In this document: piece after piece, positions 8,280-15,484 of the stretch | Numbering within the stretch: the stretch's first letter is position 1 | Layout: each line of letters begins with the position of its first letter | Assembly (NCBI GenBank): GCA_044356455.1 | Contig: JBIKWF010000074.1 | Location: forward strand, 1 to 21,148 | Direction: 5' to 3' | DNA: 21,148 bases | Source of the DNA: Bdellovibrionota bacterium | GTDB lineage: Bacteria; Bdellovibrionota_C; UBA2361; JBGSMV01 | Program-made: the position numbers and the translations under genes | Notes under the pieces: generated by a model | The model's input: the letters and a program-made list of their open reading frames with translations, nothing else | What the model was told of the DNA's origin: nothing | Database searches by the model: none

Positions 8280-9893
8280 ATGATAGATCCAGCCCTTTCC
8301 GCAGAAGTTCAAGCCGAGGTCGCCAAGAGGCGCACTTTCGCCATCATTAGCCATCCGGATGCCGGCAAGACAACGCTTACCGAAAAACTGCTTTTATACT
8401 CTGGCATGGTGAGAACCGCCGGAATGGTTCGTGCGCGTAAGGGAGGAAAGTCGGCCAGCTCTGACTGGATGGCGATGGAGCAGGAGCGCGGTATTTCGAT
8501 TACGGCCTCTGCCATGCAGTTCCCTTACAAAGACGCCATCATCAACGTACTTGATACTCCTGGTCACCAAGACTTTAGTGAAGACACCTATAGAACTTTA
8601 ACGGCTGCTGATAGCGCCATCATGGTGATTGACGCGGCGAAGGGTGTTGAAACTCAGACCAGAAAGTTGTTCGCAGTTTGCCGCATGAAGGGCATTCCGA
8701 TTCTGACCTTTGTTAACAAGATGGATCTTCCTGGCCGCGAGCCGCTTGACCTGATGACGGAAGTTGAGGATGCCCTTGGAATTCAAGCGGCTCCGATGAA
8801 CTGGCCAGTAGGATCGGGGAAAAGTTTCGTTGGCGTCGTCGAACTTGAATCTCGTGAAGTAGTGCTCTTTAAGCGCTCCGAACAAGGCGGCGCTCTTCGG
8901 GCTCTTGTTGATAGAAAATCATTCGCAGAGTTTCGCGCGATGCCTGGCGTTGACCAGGATGTGATTAAAGTCGTGGATGACGATCTCGAGCTGCTTGAGA
9001 CGGCGGGGAATAAATTCGATTACGACGCGTTTCTTGCAGGAAAGATTACCCCCGTGTTCTTTGGATCAGCGCTCACAAATTTTGGCGTTGAGCCCTTTTT
9101 CGATAACTTTGTGCGCCTTGCTCCCCCGCCCCGCCCCTATGCCGCTGTAAAGAAGGATGGCGCGGAGTTTGAAATTAAGCCCTCAGAGCATGAGTTCAGC
9201 GGGTTTGTGTTTAAAATCCAAGCGAACATGAATCCAAAACACCGCGATAGTATGGCTTTTTTGCGGGTTTGTTCAGGGAAGTTTCAGCGCGACATGGTAG
9301 TTGACCACCCGCGACTTGGTAAGGAAATTCGTCTTTCGCGAGCTTATAGCTTGGTCGCGCAGGACCGAAACACGACAGACGATGCATACCCTGGCGACGT
9401 CGTCGGAGTGATTAATCCTGGCGCTTTTGCAATTGGAGATACCATTTCTCTTGAAGGCGGCTTTTCTTTTAGAGCTATGCCGAGTTTTCCACCAGAAGTC
9501 ATTGCACAGATTCGGCCTGCTGATGTTTTGCGTCATAAAGCTTTTGAAAAAGGCATGCATCAGCTAAGTCTTGAGGGCGCGATTCAGATCTTGCGCTCGT
9601 ATGACAATCCGGAAGGTCCTCCCTATGTAGCCGCGGTCGGACGCCTGCAGTTCGATGTGCTGCAATATCGCCTGGAGAATGAATATGGCGTAAAGACGCA
9701 TCTCGATATGTTACCCTATCGATTTAGCTCTTACGTCGAGGAAATTGACCCCCGTACGATTCGGCGTCCGCAAAGTTCCTTCCTTGCACTTGATGCGCGT
9801 GGCCGGGTGGTCATGCTGTTTACGGGCGAGTGGGAGAAGAATTTCACTCTTGAGCGTAATCCGGGAATTAAGCTGATTGATTTTGTTAATTAA
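8280..9893 (+). CDS. prfC: Peptide chain release factor 3
   Basis: RRTFAIISHPDAGKTTLTEKLLL, SDWMAMEQERGISIT, DTPGHQDFSEDTYRTL, NKMD, FKIQANMNPKHRD, GRLQFDV. Confidence 0.98.
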   Translation: MIDPALSAEVQAEVAKRRTFAIISHPDAGKTTLTEKLLLYSGMVRTAGMVRARKGGKSASSDWMAMEQERGISITASAMQFPYKDAIINVLDTPGHQDFSEDTYRTLTAADSAIMVIDAAKGVETQTRKLFAVCRMKGIPILTFVNKMDLPGREPLDLMTEVEDALGIQAAPMNWPVGSGKSFVGVVELESREVVLFKRSEQGGALRALVDRKSFAEFRAMPGVDQDVIKVVDDDLELLETAGNKFDYDAFLAGKITPVFFGSALTNFGVEPFFDNFVRLAPPPRPYAAVKKDGAEFEIKPSEHEFSGFVFKIQANMNPKHRDSMAFLRVCSGKFQRDMVVDHPRLGKEIRLSRAYSLVAQDRNTTDDAYPGDVVGVINPGAFAIGDTISLEGGFSFRAMPSFPPEVIAQIRPADVLRHKAFEKGMHQLSLEGAIQILRSYDNPEGPPYVAAVGRLQFDVLQYRLENEYGVKTHLDMLPYRFSSYVEEIDPRTIRRPQSSFLALDARGRVVMLFTGEWEKNFTLERNPGIKLIDFVN

Positions 9894-10294
9894 TGAGTCG
9901 CTCAGGGCAGCAAGAGCATTCGCGATTCGAGCTTGGTTAGTAGTCGCCCTTCGTGTTTAAATCTCCCGATGTCCTCGATGTCTTATCGTTCGCGGCCAGT
10001 TGAGCCGCAGGCCCCATGTCAGAAGGCTCTACTTGAGCGTGGTTTTCTCGTGGTCGAGTCGGGCGGTCTTAGAGTCTTTGCGGAATCGATAGGTAGCTCG
10101 GAACCTCGGTGCATTGGAATGATCTCGGGGCCTGAAGTTGGCTGCGCCAGGTTTTTCAGTCGAACTTCAGGCCAAGTTGTTGAGGTCTCAGCCCACTTAG
10201 TGTGGAGCTGGAACTGGAGAGAGGGAACTAAGGGAAAGTCTGCCCCGGTTACTGTCTCTAGCTTCCTTGAAGGATTGCCCCCTCTCGCGCAGTG

Positions 10295-10411
10295 CTAGGA
10301 GTGTGTCCCGTAGAAACATAAATCTTCGTTTTGGACACAATCCGTAGGTGGGCTGTCCCGCTGCCACCACAACATGTAGTGGTAGAAATTTTCTACGGGA
10401 CAGACTCCTAG
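10295..10411. mobile_element. MITE family A (IS5-like ends, CTAG at both ends)
   Basis: CTAG-GAGTGTGTCCCGTAGAAA (10295-10316) and TTTCTACGGGACAGACTC-CTAG (10390-10411) form an inverted repeat with 21/22 identity. No coding capacity. Confidence 0.75.
10335..10382. promoter_or_regulatory. Putative tandem NrdR boxes inside the MITE
   Basis: CCACAACATGTAGTGG (10367-10382) fits the consensus acaCwAtATaTwGtgt well. The weaker ACACAATCCGTAGGTG (10335-10350) starts 32 bp upstream. Confidence 0.5.
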
Positions 10412-10413
10412 GG

Positions 10414-10491
10414 GTGTGCTCGTTGTGATGCTAAGGCTATTGGCAGTTGAAGAGCATCTTCACATTTTTATGAGGGATGAGTGAGCAGAAG
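10414..10491 (+). repeat. 78-bp direct repeat, copy 1 (duplicate of the phoH leader and start)
   Basis: 73/78 identical to 11739-11816. Confidence 0.95.
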
Positions 10492-10574
10492 GTATAAGGC
10501 GCCTTACTCTTTAAGGGGGCGGGCGTGGGTGTGTGAAATGGTTAGGTGCTCCTTCGGGGAAAGGGGCGGAGAGA

Positions 10575-10624
10575 GGCCGAGGAGGAAGGGGAGAGAGTAC
10601 TCTCCAACCTTCCATCGCTCGGCC
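10575..10624. terminator. GC-rich stem-loop downstream of the 197-aa gene
   Basis: Nested pairings GGCCGAG/CTCGGCC, GGAAGG/CCTTCC and GGAGAG/CTCTCC. No strong U-tract. Confidence 0.4.
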
Positions 10625-10646
10625 AGTGCTCTCACTTTGATCGTAA

Positions 10647-11240
10647 TCAAGAGACAGTAGTCTCTATTACCCCGGCATCCTTAACGGGCTGATTACCTGA
10701 AATATTGAGGAACTTAGCCTTTAAGAGAGTGCGGGTTTGGCCTACCTCGTCCTTCCCTAGTCCCAGCGCTTTCTTGAATGCAATGAATTTGCTCTTCGAG
10801 ATGACGGTCCCCGGTATCTCCCCGCTCAGAGCAAATTTGCCATTTCCATACTTCAGAAATTTAAGGTGGAACTTTATCGGAGGTATCCCAGAGGCGGTGC
10901 CCGTCAAAACGGTGCCGTCGTGGTCGATGGTGTAGACAGTAAACTTGGCCGATGTTGGAGCTTGCACCAAAATCTTGCCCTTTGTGGCCTTCCCTTTCTT
11001 TGCTTTTGACACCACGCCCTTTGCCTTGCAGGAGCGAGCGAGGGTCGCGTATTCAAGATAATTCGGGTTGGGGAGAATTTTCATTACAACTTGGCACTGA
11101 ATTGGCTCAACCTCCACCAACGCTTTTCCAATTTTCTGCCTAATCTGAGCTTCTGCCTTCTCGGCGAACATTCCAAAGCCTGCAAACGCTAGTAGCCCCA
11201 GAATCACGCCTAACTTTCCAAACAACCTTTCATTTCTCAT
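10647..11240 (-). CDS. Secreted Lys-rich hypothetical protein (197 aa)
   Basis: GGGAGA RBS, signal peptide ending in AEA-Q, two Cys, many Lys. No recognisable family. Confidence 0.75.
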   Translation of the reverse strand: MRNERLFGKLGVILGLLAFAGFGMFAEKAEAQIRQKIGKALVEVEPIQCQVVMKILPNPNYLEYATLARSCKAKGVVSKAKKGKATKGKILVQAPTSAKFTVYTIDHDGTVLTGTASGIPPIKFHLKFLKYGNGKFALSGEIPGTVISKSKFIAFKKALGLGKDEVGQTRTLLKAKFLNISGNQPVKDAGVIETTVS

Positions 11241-11738
11241 AAATATTCTCCCGAGTGGTTAATGTGTGAATAAATCACATCTTAATGGTAGCACGAAGCA
11301 AGCGCTAAGCAAGCCATTTGTGTATTTATATCCCTGTAATTTCAGTGCGTTGCGCGTGGCGGGTATTTTTTTTCTTTCTTTGGTGTGAAAAGAAAGGTGT
11401 GAAAGACACATTCAGCTGTGCGCCGAGATCTCTGCTGCCCTCGAGCCGTGCGTGCGCTCGTGGTTAACGATCGTAAGACCTTGATCGCAGTGCTAAGGTG
11501 CTTGGAAGGTAGCGTAACCAACTGAAAATACTTGGCTTGCTCTGGGGAAGGCCTCGCACTTCTTACGGCGCCGTGAGGACACGACGCCCTGCCTACGCAC
11601 CCTCGCCGCCTTCTTGGCCTGCACCTACATTCTCCTGTGTATTCAAATCTATAGGAGGGTTAGGCTAGGAGTCGCGAGAGATATCCTTAGTTCTTAGACC
11701 GAGCATCCAGAGCAGCGCATCAAACTACCTTAGGGTAC

Positions 11739-11816
11739 GTGTGCCCGTTGTGATGCTAAGGCTAATGGCAGTGGAAGAGCGTCTTCACATTTTTATGAGG
11801 GATGAGTGAGCGGAAG
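11739..11816 (+). repeat. 78-bp direct repeat, copy 2 (native phoH leader and start)
   Basis: 73/78 identical to 10414-10491. Contains GAGGGA and the phoH GTG at 11806. Confidence 0.95.
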
Positions 11817-12822
11817 CCAACACGGAAAAACAAAAGCAAAAGGTACTCACCTACGCGGCTCAGAGCTTGAGATAGGCGTGGCGTTTACCAACCCAGCCAC
11901 GCTACCGCTTCTTGCAGGAGAGCAAGACCAGAATCTTAAGACCATCGAACGTGAGCTTAGTGTGCGACTAGGGAGAGACGGGGGGAATCTTGTCATCTCT
12001 GGCCAGGACTACGAAGTCGAGCTCGCGCAGGATCTCATTGTTCAGCTGCGAGATCTCCTCGATAAAGGAGAGGTTCTTTTTAAGGGAGACTTAGAGCGCG
12101 CAATCCATATGCTCTCGGGAAACCGAAAACTGCGTTTAGAAGAACTTTTTCGCGACCAGGTTAAAATCGCGGGGCGTAAGCACAGTATTTCCCCGAAGAC
12201 CTTTCAGCAAAAAAATTACATTGAATCCATTAAAAGCCACGACATTGTTTTCGGTGTCGGTCCTGCAGGAACAGGTAAGACTTATCTTGCGATGGCGATG
12301 GCGGTTTCAGCTCTTGCCCATAAAGAGGTAAAGCGCGTGATCTTATGCCGGCCTGCGGTGGAGGCAGGAGAAAAGCTTGGGTTTCTCCCAGGAGATATGG
12401 CTGAAAAGGTAAATCCTTATCTACGGCCGCTCTATGATGCGCTGCACGATATGGTCGAAGCGGATAGAGCGAAGGAACTCGTGGAGAAGGGCGTTATTGA
12501 GGTAGCTCCACTCGCCTTCATGCGAGGACGCACGCTTACCAATGCCTTTGTCATTCTCGATGAGGCCCAGAATACGACTCCAGGGCAAATGAAGATGTTT
12601 CTCACTCGTATTGGGCTTGGTTCGAAGTGTGTCGTCACGGGCGATATTACCCAGATTGATCTTCCCCGCGGACAAGTCTCGGGTCTCTCCGAAGCGATAG
12701 GCACCTTGCGTTCGGTGAGTGGAATATCTTTCGTGTATTTCTCCGACACGGATGTGATTCGTCATCCGGTCGTAGCAAAAATTGTTGCCGCTTATGACGC
12801 AAAAGAGCGGCTCGATTCATGA
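11806..12822 (+). CDS. phoH: PhoH-family ATPase (YbeZ/PhoH-like)
   Basis: GPAGTGKTYLA, RPAVEAGEKLGFLPGD, PYLRPLYDAL, APLAFMRGRTL, LDEAQN, TGDITQIDL, DVIRHPVV. Confidence 0.96.
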   Translation: MSGSQHGKTKAKGTHLRGSELEIGVAFTNPATLPLLAGEQDQNLKTIERELSVRLGRDGGNLVISGQDYEVELAQDLIVQLRDLLDKGEVLFKGDLERAIHMLSGNRKLRLEELFRDQVKIAGRKHSISPKTFQQKNYIESIKSHDIVFGVGPAGTGKTYLAMAMAVSALAHKEVKRVILCRPAVEAGEKLGFLPGDMAEKVNPYLRPLYDALHDMVEADRAKELVEKGVIEVAPLAFMRGRTLTNAFVILDEAQNTTPGQMKMFLTRIGLGSKCVVTGDITQIDLPRGQVSGLSEAIGTLRSVSGISFVYFSDTDVIRHPVVAKIVAAYDAKERLDS

Positions 12823-14492
12823 ACACGAGCGGAGCTGGTTCCGGAGGTTCGGCAACGAATGGGGGCGCAAATGGACGTACGCCACCGCTTTCGCCGTTTG
12901 CCTTGTTTCAGGGAGCCACTGACGGAACCTCGCCCCTTGGTATTTTAACAGTTCACGGAATTCTATTTGCGCTCATCTCCGCGCTTAGCGGTGAGGTAGT
13001 TTTTCAGGGCCTTGCAATCCATCAAGGTGCCATGCTTCCGGGAGGACTCGCGGCGATTGGTCGTGTGGTGACTCTCTTTGTGACGTTCTTTTTCTTGCTT
13101 CGATTTGTCGCTATTAGCACGCGCTCCTATCGCCCTACGGTTCGAGACCTTTCTACACTTACGATTACGGTCCTCGCTTCCGTACTTATGGTTTGGCTTG
13201 GTCAGTTGATTGGAGAAAGTGTTTCGGCTTTCTTTCGTAATCAGACGGGCTCGAATTCTGTTCCTGCAGAGGCTCTTACTTTCGCCATCCCCTATGCCTC
13301 GGGTGCTATTTTGCTCCAAGCGGTTCTCGGGTTTCATTACGGGCTGCTCTTTAGCCTGACTATGGCCTTGCTGATGGCGGTGTATTCGCCAGCCCCAAGT
13401 GTAGTCGCCCCCTTTGTGCTGGTGACGTGCTTGGTTGGGTGTCTAAGCCTCTCTCGATTTAGGTCTCGCTCGGCGAATCTTAAAGCGGGCATGAATATTA
13501 TTGTAGTAGCCCTGCCCTTCTCCCTCGCCTACCTCCTTAGTTCTCCCACGCTGGCTGCCTCGGCTGGGTTTGCCGCGTTGATATCGGCTTTTATCGGAGG
13601 AGTTCTTTGTATCTTTGTGGCCTCGGGATCAGCTCCCGTGATTGAGCATCTGGGAGGCTACGTTACGGACATGCGCCTCATTGAAATGGCGACGCTTGAC
13701 CATCCGCTCCTAAGAGAACTGAGTGTTCAAGCTCCTGGAACGTGGAATCATTCTATGGTCATGGGCATGATGGCCGAATCTGCTGCGGAGGCTATTGGAG
13801 CGAATCCAGTGCTCGCGCGCGTAGGAGCCTATTTCCATGATTCTGGCAAAATAAAAAAGCCGCTCTACTTCGTGGAGAATCAAGCGCCAGGGGAGAATCG
13901 GCACGATAAATTAAGCACCTCGATGTCGGCGCTTATCATTAGAAGTCACGTGAAAGATGGCATCGAGCTCGCGCGAAAACACGGGCTCCCCAAAGCACTT
14001 GAGGATATGATTCCCCAGCATCACGGCACCTCTCGCATCGAATTTTTCTTCGATAAAGCGTGCCGAGAGGCCGTTGAATCAGGGCTTCCAGAAGACTCAG
14101 TGGATGAGAGCTTGTATCGCTATCCGGGGCCCCGCCCTCAGACTCGCGAAGCGGGTATTCTGATGCTCGCGGATGGCATTGAAGCAGCGGCTCGCACGCT
14201 CTCAGATCCGACCCATGACCGCATTCAAGGCATGGTGCAGAAGCTCATTAATAAAGTTTTCTCCAGCGGCGAGCTTAATGAATGCGATTTAACACTCAAG
14301 GATTTGAACCACATTGCGCGCTGTTTTACTCGCGTTTTGACGGGAATCTATCATCAGCGCATTGCCTACCAGGAGCCTGCGGAAAAGACCAATGAGGCGG
14401 AAAGCGAGGAAGAGGCTGCGCCGGCTTCAGTCGACGAGCAAGGAGAGGAGTCCGACACCGCGTCAGAAAATTTAAAGCGCTTGGGGATGTGA
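12819..14492 (+). CDS. Membrane-bound HD-domain phosphohydrolase (7TM-HD, PgpH-like cyclic di-AMP phosphodiesterase family)
   Basis: Multiple TM helices followed by APGTWNHS, GAYFHDSGK, YFVENQ, SHVKDG, QHHGT, YRYPGPRP, MLADGIEAA. ATGA overlap with phoH. Confidence 0.9.
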   Translation: MNTSGAGSGGSATNGGANGRTPPLSPFALFQGATDGTSPLGILTVHGILFALISALSGEVVFQGLAIHQGAMLPGGLAAIGRVVTLFVTFFFLLRFVAISTRSYRPTVRDLSTLTITVLASVLMVWLGQLIGESVSAFFRNQTGSNSVPAEALTFAIPYASGAILLQAVLGFHYGLLFSLTMALLMAVYSPAPSVVAPFVLVTCLVGCLSLSRFRSRSANLKAGMNIIVVALPFSLAYLLSSPTLAASAGFAALISAFIGGVLCIFVASGSAPVIEHLGGYVTDMRLIEMATLDHPLLRELSVQAPGTWNHSMVMGMMAESAAEAIGANPVLARVGAYFHDSGKIKKPLYFVENQAPGENRHDKLSTSMSALIIRSHVKDGIELARKHGLPKALEDMIPQHHGTSRIEFFFDKACREAVESGLPEDSVDESLYRYPGPRPQTREAGILMLADGIEAAARTLSDPTHDRIQGMVQKLINKVFSSGELNECDLTLKDLNHIARCFTRVLTGIYHQRIAYQEPAEKTNEAESEEEAAPASVDEQGEESDTASENLKRLGM

Positions 14493-14555
14493 ATCAGAAA
14501 AACAGCCTCAAGTAGTTTCTTCTCTGAGATTCACGCAAGGCGCGATTTTCAAAAG

Positions 14556-14590
14556 AAATCTCACGGACCCGAGGGGATCTCGTGAGATTT
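14556..14590. terminator. Stem-loop between convergent genes (likely bidirectional terminator)
   Basis: Perfect 10-bp stem AAATCTCACG/CGTGAGATTT with additional inner pairing; A-rich on the 5' side. Confidence 0.55.
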
Positions 14591-14595
14591 GATGG

Positions 14596-14733
14596 CTAGG
14601 GAAGCTCTGAAAAACCTAGATATTTTATTTCTTTCCCTCCGTGTTCTCTGTGCCCTCTGTGATTTTTCAACAATTTAAATCAACCACAGAGGGCACAGAG
14701 TTCACAGAGCAGACTTTTTCAGATCCTCCCTAG
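14596..14733. mobile_element. MITE family B copy 1 (IS5-like TIR, CTAG at both ends, internal CACAGAG palindrome)
   Basis: CTAG-GGAAGCTCTGAAAAA ... TTTTTCAGATCCTCC-CTAG (13/15 TIR identity). Internal perfect 16-bp IR CTCTGTGCCCTCTGTG (14646-14661) / CACAGAGGGCACAGAG (14685-14700). Confidence 0.75.
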
Positions 14734-15215
14734 TTCACTACCGAAAAGACACAGGTAAACGGCGTCCCCATCATGCGATCGCTCACTGAGGCTTCAATCG
14801 TTACGCCCTTTTCAAGGGGCATGTCTCTTGGACCAAAAGTGACATAAGAGGTCCCCACTCTTAGGTTGTTCTGAACTGCCACAAGTCCTATGCGACGAAG
14901 TGAAAGAGGCGTTTGTCGCCCCATTTCTCTTCTTGCGAGAGCATAGATATGGAGGCTTTTCCCGTCGTTTGTTGTCATTACTTTCTGAAGGGTTGCTCTC
15001 CCAAGCCTATTGTTCCAGGCCCCATCCCCTCTTGTTGCAAAGGTAGCGGAGAGTCGGGATTGCGGACGAAGAAGTATGCGATGTTGTTTTACTTCGCCGG
15101 TGGCGGCGGTACAGGTAGCGAGGAGCCGGTCTCCGCGTACTTGTGCGGATGCATCGATTGAAAGTCCGAAAACCCCAAGAAGAGCACTGGCCAATATTCG
15201 AGAGTAAAACTTCAT
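14730..15215 (-). CDS. Secreted basic hypothetical protein (161 aa)
   Basis: AAAGGTG RBS, signal peptide ending in ASA-Q, one Cys near each end of the mature chain, Arg-rich. Confidence 0.75.
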   Translation of the reverse strand: MKFYSRILASALLGVFGLSIDASAQVRGDRLLATCTAATGEVKQHRILLRPQSRLSATFATRGDGAWNNRLGRATLQKVMTTNDGKSLHIYALARREMGRQTPLSLRRIGLVAVQNNLRVGTSYVTFGPRDMPLEKGVTIEASVSDRMMGTPFTCVFSVVN

Positions 15216-15348
15216 ATGACACCTTTGTTGGTAGACGCAAAGGTGTTATTGGCACATTCGGTGATATGGTGGCATAAGGGGTTAGGTGGTTGAAATGCCA
15301 GGGTTTATTGCCTCCGCCAGCTCCGGGCCTGACGCCTTTGGGCAGTAT

Positions 15349-15458
15349 TTAAGGAACCTCTGAGAAACTCACCTCTGTGTACCTCCGCGTACTCTGTGGT
15401 TAATTTTTCATGAAGAAATTCACCACAGAGGACGCGGAGGTATACAGAGGTGTCTTAA
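15349..15458. mobile_element. MITE family B copy 2 (TTAA at both ends, long internal hairpin)
   Basis: TTAA-GGAACCTCTGAGAAA ... CAGAGGTGTC-TTAA. Internal 31-bp IR 15370-15400 / 15422-15452 with 29/31 identity. Confidence 0.65.
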
Positions 15459-15484
15459 GAATATAGCGGCTCTTCGAAGACGCT

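Noticed and set aside
9933..10298. 121-aa ORF downstream of prfC
   Set aside because: TTG start without an RBS, no recognisable motifs and atypical composition. The antisense frame is also unrecognisable, so it is left uncalled.
11265..11279. CRP/FNR site
   Set aside because: The TGTGA/TCACA spacer is 5 nt rather than the required 6.
11301..11316. Sigma-54 promoter for the 197-aa gene (minus strand TGGCTTGCTTAGCGCT)
   Set aside because: GG-N10-GC spacing is present but the match to TGGCAC-N5-TTGC is poor.
14637..15452. CACAGAG repeats as a CRISPR array
   Set aside because: The repeats are inverted, not direct repeats with unique spacers, and there are no cas genes.
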